Origin: Macrostomum hystrix
Taxonomy: Eukaryota > Animalia > Platyhelminthes
Direction of reading: 5' to 3'
Assembly (NCBI GenBank): GCA_950097015.1
Contig: CATNEN010000007.1
Coordinates: forward strand, 868,001 to 932,000
Length of the DNA stretch: 64,000 nucleotides
Notes under the pieces: model-generated
The model's database searches: none
What the model was told of the DNA's origin: nothing
What the model saw: the letters and a program-made list of their open reading frames with translations, nothing else
Part shown: positions 51,190 to 61,765 of the stretch, piece after piece
Layout of the letters: each line of letters opens with the position of its first letter
Position numbering within the stretch: position 1 is the stretch's first letter
Program-made: the position numbers and the translations under genes

Positions 51190-51435
51190 ATGGCATTCGG
51201 CCTATTCAGCCTCCTCGAAGCCGGCCTGCTGGTGCTGAACGCCGTCTGCGTGCTTCATCGCGAGCGCTTCCTGGCTCGCTTCGGTTGGAGCTCCGAGCAG
51301 CGGGACTTCGGCGAGCCGGGCATCAGCGCCAAGGGCCAGCTGGTGAATCTGGTGAACAGTGTGCAGTTTGTAATGCGCGGGCCCCTGATTGTGGTCAACA
51401 CTCTGGTCATTGTTTATAAACTAGTGCTAGGCTGA
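51190..51435 (+). CDS. IER3IP1: IER3IP1/Yos1 ER-Golgi membrane protein (81 aa, no intron in the CDS)
   Basis: MAFGLFSLLEAGLLVLNAVCVLHRERFLARFGW..KGQLVNLVNSVQFVMRGPLIVVN..LVLG matches the Yos1/IER3IP1 family over its full length. AATAAA at 51610. Confidence 0.93.
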   Translation: MAFGLFSLLEAGLLVLNAVCVLHRERFLARFGWSSEQRDFGEPGISAKGQLVNLVNSVQFVMRGPLIVVNTLVIVYKLVLG

Positions 51436-51814
51436 ATGAAATCTTATGTATTGGCTCCAGGTTTTTTTCAAATATTTAAAATTCGATTTTTTTCTCATTG
51501 TTGATGCGTTGGTTGATTCTGTCGTCAGTTATTTAGATTGTGTGGAAATCTATTTAATTGTTGCATTGATTTCAATTATCATCCGTGTCTTTAGTGTACT
51601 AATATGGAAAATAAATGCATATTCAATACTCATATTTACTGCATAACCTTTGAACGTACTTTGAGAAGCTCAAATGATTCTCTGAAGTGTTAGCTAGGAT
51701 AAATATTATGTAGTGAAGTTCCAGAAATTTCTAGGTCAAAGTTTATGAGTGGAATTTCCTAGTCCCCTAAATTCGAACTTCTATAATAAAAAAATATATC
51801 AAACTTCATAATAC

Positions 51815-53280
51815 ACAAACTACATAATCCACAAACTACATAATCCACAAACTACATAATCCTCAAACTACACAATCCACAAACTACATAATCCACAAAC
51901 TACATAATCCACAAACTACATAATCCGCAAACTACATAATCTACAAACTACATAATCCACAAACTACATAGTCCACAAACTACACAATCCACAAACTACA
52001 CAATCCACAAACTGCATAATCCACAAACTACACAATCCACAAACTACATAGTCCACAAACTACACAATCCACAAACTACACAATCCACAAACTACATAAT
52101 CCACAAACTACACAATCCACAAACTACACAATCCACAAACTACATAATCCACAAACTACATAATCCACAAACTACATAATCCACAAACTACATAATCCAC
52201 AAACTACACAATCCACAAACTACATAATCCACAAACTACACAATCCACAAACTACATAATCCACAAACTACACAATCCACAAACTACATAATCCTCAAAC
52301 TACACAATCCACAAACTACACAATCCACAAACTACATAATCCACAAACTACATAATCCGCAAACTACATAATCCACAAACTACATAATCCACAAACTACA
52401 TAATCCACAAACTACATAATCCTCAAACTACACAATCCACAAACTACACAATCCACAAACTACATAATCCACAAACTACACAATCCACAAACTATATAAT
52501 CCACAAACTTCACAATCCACAAACTACATAATCCACAAACTACATAATCCACAAACTACATAATCCTCAAACTACATAATCCACAAACTACACAATCCAC
52601 AAACTACACAATCCACAAACTACATAATCCACAAACTACATAATCCTCAAACTACATAATCTACAAACTACATAATCCTCAAACTACACAATCCACAAAC
52701 TACATAATCCTCAAACTACACAATCCACAAACTACACAATCCACAAACTGCATAATCCACAAACTACATAATCCACAAACTACATAATCCACAAACTACA
52801 TAATCCTCAAACTACACAATCCACAAACTACATAATCCACAAACTACACAATCCACAAACTATATGATTCACAAACTACATAATCCTCAAACTACACAAT
52901 CCACAAACTACACAATCCACAAACTACATAATCCACAAACTACACAATCCACAAACTATATGATCCACAGACTACATAATCCACAAACTACACAATCCAC
53001 AAACTACACAATCCACAAACTACATAATCCACAAACTACACAATCCACAAACTATATGATTCACAAACTACACAATCCACAAACTATATGATCCACAAAC
53101 TACACAATCCACAAACTACACAATCCACAAACTACACAATCCACAAACTACATAATCCACAAACTACACAATCCACAAACTATATGATTCACAAACTACA
53201 TAATCCACAAACTACACAATCCACAAACTATATGATTCACAAACTACATAATCCCCAAAAACATGATCCACAAACTTTAT
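51815..53280. repeat. 16-bp minisatellite (AAACTACATAATCCAC)n
   Basis: Tandem units. Confidence 0.95.
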
Positions 53281-53700
53281 AATACTCAAAATTTTCATAT
53301 TTAAAATTCTTAACCCAAAACCGCAAAATTCCTTATCCCCAAACTTCAAAATCCAAAATTTTCTATTTTCAAATTATGAAGTTTCAAATTTCAAAGTCCT
53401 AAGCTTCATATTCCTCAAAATTCATAATCCCTACACTTTTTTGTTTCCTAAATTCATGATCCCATAACTTGCTAGTTCCAGATTTCATAGTCCCTAAAGT
53501 ACATATTACCCAAACTTAATATTTCACGAACTTTACTTTCTAAAGATTATTTTTCTGTTCAGTATTGCTCGTATTTATCAGATAAATAAAGTTCATCATT
53601 TTTAATCCAGCCAGCGTCTCTGTCTTCAGGGGAAGGCGACAAGCGATAGAAAATAATTAATAATCAGAATAGCGCAAAAGCCCTGGCTTCCTCATTTGCC

Positions 53701-56700
53701 ATGAGCGCTGGAGCTGGCTCCAGCGGCAACTTGAAGCAATCTCAGCAACAGCAGCAGCAGCAGTTGCCAGCAGGCAGTGGCGAAGATATGGACGGCCTGG
53801 CCGCTGCTTACGAACGCTTGGCTGTGCGCTTCAACCAACTGGAAGCCGCTTACAATCAGCTGAGGCCAGCGGCAGCTGCAGCCGCTGCAGCCGCTTCGGC
53901 TTCGTCTAGTTCGGCTCCGCTGCCCGCTTGTTTTCGTTCGACAGCGGCTGATAGCAGTTCAGCGGCGGCAACCGCTAGCGCAGCCTCCGCCTCCGCTGCT
54001 CACGATGACGAATCCTCCTTGGCGTCAGCCGGCGCGGTAGCAGACGCCGCAAAAACGCTGCTACTGACGTCAACTTCGCCGATCTCTCCAGGTGCCTCCA
54101 CCGTGGCCAAGCCACAGCCTCATCATACTCTTCATCATCCACACCAGCAGCAAATGCAGCCGCTGCTTAGCAACAAGCCAGTCAGTCTGCTCCTAGAAGA
54201 GATTGAAAGATTGCGCGAGAGAGCGGAACGGGCCGAGAGCCTGGCCGCGGCCTGGGAGAGGCAGGCCGGGCACACTGTTGAACAGCTGGAGATGCTCAGC
54301 AGCCAGCTGGAGGAGTTGCACTCGGCTGCCATGAACGCCGGAGAGGAGGGTGGCCGGGCGTGCAGGATGCTGGAGGCCGGGCTGGCTGGCCTTCGCCGGT
54401 TGGTTAGCGGCCAGAGAGCGCTGCTGGATAAGCTGATGCTGCGCGAGACGCTGCGCTTTCAACAGCAGCAGCAGCAGCAGCGGCGCAGGCGTCACGCGCC
54501 TGATTCATCTTCATGGTTAGTTGCATCATCATAAAGGCAAACCCAGCCAGCATCAGGCTGGACTCTAGTTTCATCAAAGGAGGTTGTAGCTTTGTGTTTA
54601 GAGCATCGAACTCAAGGCTAACTGATCGGGGGTTCGAATCCCGACTCCACTGGAACAATTTGTGTCCTTTAGCAAGACACTTAACTTTTCATTGCTTCAG
54701 TTCACCCAGCTGTTAAATGGGTAGCAGCATTAGCTGGGATAATTGAGGGTGGGAGTGGCGTCCCCCACAGTCGATGGACTGAACAGCCGGACGCAGTCTT
54801 CATATGCGCCGCGCAATAGCTGCGGCTCAATTGGGACAGTTGTGACAAAATGTTTTTGGTGTTATTATTTATATTAATATTAGCGTTATTATTTTTATTA
54901 TTATTATATAATAAAGCACTTGACTTTCAGTAGGTAATTTAGTTCGCTATCACCTGCTATTCACCCTAGGCAATCTGTTGACGCGGACCTTCCCGACGGC
55001 AGCAACGACCAGCATCGGCAGCCGCACAAGCAGCAGCTGCTTCGCAAAGTCCGCCGACGCAAGCGGCATCATCAGCCGCATCAGCCGCCGCAGCAGCTGC
55101 ATCGCTTTGCCGACGGAGACAACGAGGCCGACATTGACGACGAGATTGACAACGACGTTGATAACGACGAAAATGACGACGATGATGAGGTGATTGAATA
55201 CGCGCCTGATGGCTCGGCTGTGGCTGCTGCAGCCACCGCTGCTTCCGCGCCATCTGGTGGCTCTCAGTACGACAACTATCAGCAGCAAGACGCTGAGGGC
55301 GCCGTCGGCGGAGCCGGCGCCAGCGGTGACAACTGGAGCCGCTTTTTGCTGGCTCCTTCGTCGAGTCTGCTGCCGCGCACCGACTCGCTGGATCATCTGC
55401 GAGACGACGACGATGATCAGGGAGGATACGCAATTGGCGGCGCCACAGGGCTCAGCAGCTTCGCTGGGGGCATGCAGGTGATTTATTGTATGTCCATCAA
55501 TCATTCTGTCAGTCAGTCTGTTCTGTCCATCAATCATTCTGTCAGTCAGTCTGTTCTGTCCATCAATCATTCTGTCAGTCAGTCAGTTCTGTCCATCAAT
55601 CATTCTGTCAGTCAGTCAGTTCTGTCCATCAATCATTCTGTCAGTCAGTCAGTTCTGTCCATCAATCATTCTGTCAGTCAGTCTGTTCTGTCCATCAATC
55701 ATTCTGTCAGTCAGTCTGTTCTGTCCATCAATCATTCTGTCAGTCAGTCAGTTCTGTCCATCAATCATTCTGTCAGTCAGTCAGTTCTGTCCATCAATCA
55801 TTCTGTCAGTCAGTCAGTTCTGTCCATCAATCATTCTGTCAGTCAGTCTGTTCTGTCCATCAATCATTCTGTCAGTCAGTCTGTTCTGTCCATCAATCAT
55901 TCTGTCAGTCAGTCAGTTCTGTCCATCAATCATTCTGTCAGTCAGTCAGTTCTGTCGATCAATCATTCTGTCAGTCAGTCACTTCTGTCCATCAATCATT
56001 CTGTCAGTCAGTCTGTTCTGTCCATCAATCATTCTGTCAGTCAGTCTGTTCTGTCCATCAATCATTCTGTCAGTCAGTCAGTTCTGTCCATCAATCATTC
56101 TGTCAGTCAGTCAGTTCTGTCCATCAATCATTCTGTCAGTCAGTCAGTTCTGTCCATCAATCATTCTGTCAGTCAGTCAGTTCTGTCCATCAATCATTCT
56201 GTCAGTCAGTCTGTTCTGTCCATCAATCATTCTGTCAGTCAGTCAGTTCTGTCCATCAATCATTCTGTCAGTCAGTCTGTTCTGTCCATCAATCATTCTG
56301 TCAGTCAGTCAGTTCTGTCCATCAATCATTCTGTCAGTCAGTCAGTTCTGTCCATCAATCATTCTGTCAGTCAGTCTGTTCTGTCCATCAATCATTCTGT
56401 CAGTCAGTCAGTTCTGTCCATCAATCATTCTGTCAGTCAGTCAGTTCTGTCCATCAATCATTCTGTCAGTCAGTCAGTTCTGTCGATCAATCATTCTGTC
56501 AGTCAGTCACTTCTGTCCATCAATCATTCTGTCAGTCAGTCTGTTCTGTCCATCAATCATTCTGTCAGTCAGTCTGTTCTGTCCATCAATCATTCTGTCA
56601 GTCAGTCAGTTCTGTCCATCAATCATTCTGTCAGTCAGTCAGTTCTGTCCATCAATCATTCTGTCAGTCAGTCAGTTCTGTCCATCAATCATTCTGTCAG

Positions 56701-57833
56701 TCAGTCAGTTCTGTCCATCAATCATTCTGTCAGTCAGTCTGTTCTGTCCATCAATCATTCTGTCAGTCAGTCAGTTCTGTCCATCAATCATTCTGTCAGT
56801 CAGTCTGTTCTGTCCATCAATCATTCTGTCAGTCAGTCAGTTCTGTCCATCAATCATTCTGTCAGTCAGTCTGTTCTGTCCATCAATCATTCTGTCAGTC
56901 AGTCAGTTCTGTCCATCAATCATTCTGTCAGTCAGTCAGTTCTGTCCATCAATCATTCTGTCAGTCAGTCTGTTCTGTCCATCAATCATTCTGTCAGTCA
57001 GTCTGTTCTGTCCATCAATCATTCTGTCAGTCAGTCAGTTCTATTAATCCATCATACGGCAGGAAATCAATTCTTTGGAATTTCTGCGAATCGTTCTGTC
57101 AATCAACCAGCTGTATATATCAATCAAGTTTACTGACGGTAGTATTATTCCCAATTACAAACAGGGCCTTACGAAGTCACGAAGGATTTGGGCCTAATGG
57201 TCGGTGGCAGAGCAGAGTTGTTTGCCTCTCGCACCAAGCTCCCTGAGCTCGATTCCGCGGCGAGGTCACATTCATTTGGGGCGCAGCCGCGGAGAGAAGG
57301 CTTGGAGGGCTCGCAATTGTCTTGCAATGTACGCCTTTGAAGCCCAACCTCCATGGCACAGTGAGAGTGTACACTGCCTGACAATCAGAAAGTCAAGGCA
57401 GATGTATGTGTGGCCGCGTACAGTATCTGTGTGCTCAGGAGTCAGCGGAATGGGCAGAATCGCTGGCTGCGGGTCAAGTGTGTATTGCCAAATTATTTGC
57501 CATTGCCCGCAGCCCTCCTGCAAATATTATTATCACTATTATTAGGGCCTGGAGATGAGGCACTACAACTCAGTTGACGACATGCACGCCTGGCTGGCTG
57601 CCGGGGACACATCCTGTGGTGGCAACGCCGGCTCCGGCGACATCGACATTTTGCTTGACGAAGACGACAGAAACGTTCATCATCATCAGCAGCAGCATCT
57701 GATGATGGAGACTGACTCGGCTAGCGGATTCGCAGAGCGGATGCATTGTCCAGTCTGCGGACTGGTCATGCCGCCGAACGGTGATCTGTCCGCATTTAAT
57801 TTGCATGTAAATAGCCATTTTGCTGACGATTAA
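53701..57833 (+). CDS. Coiled-coil protein with a TBK1-binding-like segment and a C-terminal UBZ-type zinc finger (TANK/AZI2/TBKBP1-like). Exons 53701-54515, 54970-55487 (or 55477), (57165-57199), 57546-57833
   Basis: N-terminal LAAAYERL coil, ACRMLEAGLAGLRRLVSGQRALLDKL segment, HCPVCGLVMPPNGDLSAFNLHVNSHF zinc finger. Phase-compatible junctions. AATAAA near 57866. Confidence 0.7.
54579..54905 (+). mobile_element. tRNA-derived SINE family A (CORE-like), full-length copy
   Basis: B box ggttcgaatccc, CORE-like segment at 54661-54721, ATT-rich tail. Confidence 0.85.
55490..57045. repeat. 33-bp minisatellite (CTGTCCATCAATCATTCTGTCAGTCAGTC[A/T]GTT)n
   Basis: Tandem units. A variant pair recurs at 55957 and 56485 (528 bp = 16 units). 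Confidence 0.95.
57196..57544 (+). mobile_element. SINE family B inserted with a GGGCCT duplication
   Basis: Family body and ATT tail. gggcct at 57190-57195 and 57545-57550. Confidence 0.8.
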
Positions 57834-59684
57834 ATTGAATTGCCCTGTGTATCAAAATTTAGTTGAATAAATGGCTAAAATAATGTGCTCACAATCCAGA
57901 TTTTTTGAAACTTTCACAATTTTCACAGACCTCTTCTTGCTCGTCGTGTCAACAGCCCCTTTCACTTGTTGGAACTAATTTATTTTAGCAAACAAAATCT
58001 TCACATGTAAAAATGTATATTTGAAATCTGATTTGTGGTGAGACTATCATATAGAAAAGAAAACATGTACTTTATCACGCTTCTGAAATGCAACAGTTTT
58101 GCAAGCTGTCTTTACTTCCTAGTTCCTTCGTTGCCGCACTAATTTTTTATTCGCTTACATTTTTAACTGATCGTACTCAATATTCTAATATGCTATAGCT
58201 GCTACTGTAGCTACATATGTAGTAGCTTATATGCTGTCGGCAATATCTATATTAAAAATGTGCTACCTGCGTATGTACAGGCGCGAGTAGAAAAGTCGAT
58301 TAGTTTTAAGCTTGCGAAGAAGATTAAACGCTTAGATTGCCTAAACCGTATGCCCATGTATAGAATGATGTGACCTGTTTATACCTGTTTTGTTTGCCCC
58401 TCTATTTTTATGGGTAACCAAGATTTGTTGTGTGCGCTTTCAATCTCTTTTCCTTGATATAAATAGATCCCAGGATCAGGCTAATTCGCTAACTTTACTA
58501 CTCCAAGTAGCACACCATGGGATGCCTCGGTTATTTATAAAAATAATGCAATTCGGCCTTTTTTGTTCTTTACTCGGTTGGATTAGAATTCCGGTCTGTC
58601 TGAAATGAAATGGGACAATGCTGTCATCATTTTGTGGTGGTGCACTGAAGGGCCAAGTTTTTTTTCAGCCAATTTCTATGACAAGAGAGCACACTAGAAT
58701 TCTAGATTAACAGTAGGACTACCATTTTGCGGCCCGTTTTCATTCCAAAGGCCCACTGAATGTTTTTGGCAGCGCCCGAATGACAGCGTAGAGGTGGTCC
58801 TGTGGTTGAGCTGTGCCTAGTACGAGATTTAGGCTGGATAAGTGAAGTTGGAGAAATTCGCATCAGGGTGTCCATAGTGGCCTATTTGCACCTATTGTAG
58901 CCCTTTAAGATGTAGCAGTCCGTCTAGATAAACGTAGGTGACCACCGAAGATGGAGATTATGAAGGCACATTCGGGTGACATGATGATAAATTTTGAAGG
59001 CTTGGCAAGCCCGCACTGAGGCGAAGTGATAATTCGTGTATAGCGGTGTATGAAATACACTAGCCCTTTCAAACAATAATCTGACCAATTCGGCCAGAAC
59101 CATTGATATCTCGACGGTCTGAAGTGCTGGCGACTTGATTCTTGTTTCAGAAGATGCGCAACAAAAACTTGGCCCGTGTTCTTGACTTTTGAGTTTGATC
59201 GAGCGGTCGGTTAGAATTTCCTATCTGCTTAGTGTACTCTCTAAATAGGACTCTCGAAACATATTTTGTGTTTCGATCCTGTGTCTGCATCTCTATCTTC
59301 TCTACGAGCTATCTATTTATATATTACTCTGACTTCATTCGCTTATAAAAGCTTACAGGCCTGTTATAAATAATAAATCATCATAGGAAACAACAGAAGA
59401 TGTACTAAATAAATAACCAGCGAGTGCAGTATCAAAAGGGCCTGCGTAGATATGGCGTAGGTATCCGTAATTTGCTTGCTCAAGGCTCAGTGGAATGCTA
59501 TCGATTCAAAGTGGATAACGCAAAACTATCGCTTTGAACGAAGCTCACATACCTTGCTCGATTTGCATTATAAGAGCCTGACGTTGTTGCCTTTAATTAG
59601 TTTCGACGATTGGCCCTTATATCGTGTCTGTGGGTTTTTAGTCACTTAGATCGATCTTGTTCTTGGCTATCTGTCTTGAGCACA

Positions 59685-61136
59685 ATGTCTGAAATCGATC
59701 AATGGTCCTTAGAATGTCGGCCGCTGCTTGAGTTTGGATTTCCAAGTCCGTCAGTTAGTAGCAAATCTGCGGTCTTGCTTCTCGCTATGAAACTGTTTGG
59801 CAACGCGCTGGAATACCAGGTAGCTTATTTCAACATTGACGCTTACATGAAGCACCACGAGAATGACACCGTATGCGACCGAGTCCCTAGTAAACAAGAG
59901 CGCAACATCTACACTACAAATACTGTACTGCTGGTGGCGGCAACCTTTGTACTTTCCACTCTTGGTGGATTAATATCAGACAAGTTCGTTGGCTGCGTTC
60001 GCGTCCTCATCGCTGGCTGCATCATCCAATTCTGGGCGTCGGTGCTGTTTCCTGTGCTCATCCGAACGTCGCTGATGTGCCAGACGCGAGCATGGTATTA
60101 CGGCATCGCTGCCTGCCTGACCCTGTCAATTGGACTGGTTGACCCGCTTCTGCTCTATGCTATTTTGCAGCACTCGGCCGGGCACCGGTCCAGGCGGTTG
60201 CTCATGTTTTCGTACTTTTTCGCAGCCGCTGTCACCGAGTGCCTTGGCTACTTACCGTCGCTGCTGCGATACCTGACTCAGAAGTCTGGGAGTGCCGAGA
60301 GCTTTGAGTTTATCGGAATCTTCTTTAACATCTGCCTAGTAACCTGCATGTGCCTCGTGGCTAGGGATCCTAGGGCGTGCGAGAAGCTGCGATCTGCGAA
60401 CTTTCAATTTCCCCGCTTAATGAGGCTCCGAAAATATTACATCATCGTCGCCGGGTTCATTCCATTTGTGGCAGCCATTATCCTCTGTCGCAATGTGTTT
60501 CATTGGAAGGAGATCAAGTATTACACAAAAAGCTTTGACGACAATGTGAGCTACACAATCGCCATGGGCAGCTACCTGCTGGCTACCATCGCGTTCAGCC
60601 TATTCGGGGCGGCCGCAACTGCGGCTGGAAAGTTTCCTCGCTGTCTGACCATCCGAGTTCGAATCCTGTCTGGCTTGCTACTGATGCTAGCCGGTAAGGC
60701 CGCCTTGTTTGTGGCTTCATTCTTTCACAGAAACCTGCTAGCTCTAGGCCTTGCCCACCCGGCTGCAATTCAAGGCGCATACTTTGCGGCCGGGTTCATC
60801 GACGGGCTGGCCAACGCTCTCACGGATGTGGCAACCTACGAACTAGTTGATTGTATAGCCGCCAAGTGCGCCAAGGCTATCTACGTTGGTATTTTCTACA
60901 CAACATGGGGCCTGGGCACTTTGATAATGGGTCTCGCTGTTACTGTTTTACGAAAAATTCCTTCCGAAGGAGAGTCATTAATTCCGGAGCGTGGTAGAGA
61001 ACCCCAATTCTATATCAGGTATGCCATCGTGATTGTTCTTCTGCTAATAAGCATTATCTACTACATGAAAGTTACATTTCCACTTTCTGAGCCTCTGATC
61101 GAGACTAATGATCTAGAAAGTGATATTGAACCGTGA
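59685..61136 (+). CDS. Intronless MFS transporter, divergent SLC15/POT (PTR2)-like (about 483 aa from ATG 59685)
   Basis: About 11-12 hydrophobic segments. LGGLISDKFVG resembles the POT GGxLAD motif. N-terminal ECRPLL dileucine. ATG start preferred over the TTG start in the ORF track. Confidence 0.7.
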   Translation: MSEIDQWSLECRPLLEFGFPSPSVSSKSAVLLLAMKLFGNALEYQVAYFNIDAYMKHHENDTVCDRVPSKQERNIYTTNTVLLVAATFVLSTLGGLISDKFVGCVRVLIAGCIIQFWASVLFPVLIRTSLMCQTRAWYYGIAACLTLSIGLVDPLLLYAILQHSAGHRSRRLLMFSYFFAAAVTECLGYLPSLLRYLTQKSGSAESFEFIGIFFNICLVTCMCLVARDPRACEKLRSANFQFPRLMRLRKYYIIVAGFIPFVAAIILCRNVFHWKEIKYYTKSFDDNVSYTIAMGSYLLATIAFSLFGAAATAAGKFPRCLTIRVRILSGLLLMLAGKAALFVASFFHRNLLALGLAHPAAIQGAYFAAGFIDGLANALTDVATYELVDCIAAKCAKAIYVGIFYTTWGLGTLIMGLAVTVLRKIPSEGESLIPERGREPQFYIRYAIVIVLLLISIIYYMKVTFPLSEPLIETNDLESDIEP

Positions 61137-61499
61137 ACCAATGTCCATTAATTTCGAGCTTTCAACGTAAGCTGCAATATTTTTGCTGTGTATGATAATG
61201 AAAGATACTTTCTGGGGGGAAATAGATAAGCACGGCCTTGGACTCGAATTTGTCCATTTGCTCGTCACAGAAGTATTGGATTCTTAACGCAATTTTTTGT
61301 TTTGACGCAACCATAAAATTATTTTTACCGTCTATCCGCCTCATTCACCTACTCGTACTAAAATCCATGGACTTTCCTTATACTAAATTTATTTTCAAAA
61401 TTAAATATATTGGCAGTTTTCGTAAATAATGGAGGTATTTTCGTTTCTATAGTTAAAAAATGTTAGACTTTTTTACGATCGTGAGGATTACTGACAGGA

Positions 61500-61650
61500 C
61501 ATAGTGACAGGTTGCAGACTAGAGGTCAAATATCGAACTTGCGACTTGAAGGTCTGGGGTTCGATTCTCGACTCTGCTGTGAGATGTTTGTGTACTCTAG
61601 CAAGAAAGTTAACTCTGTATTGCTTCAGCATTAGCTATCAGCATTCAGCA
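61500..61650 (+). mobile_element. SINE family A fragment
   Basis: B box ggttcgattct and a partial CORE-like segment tgtgtactctagcaagaaagttaact..ttgcttcag. Confidence 0.65.
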
Positions 61651-61765
61651 TTGCATTAGCTACTCCGAATCGGAACAACTGTATTGCAAGAATGGTACAT
61701 ATGCTCAACTGCGCTCTAATACAAAAAACGGTTAGATGACCAAAAACAATCAAGCAGTCGTCAAT

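Noticed and set aside
58600-59330. Complex, non-AT-rich stretch upstream of the transporter
   Set aside because: All frames are interrupted and no family was recognised. May be a decayed pseudogene or transposon; needs TBLASTX.
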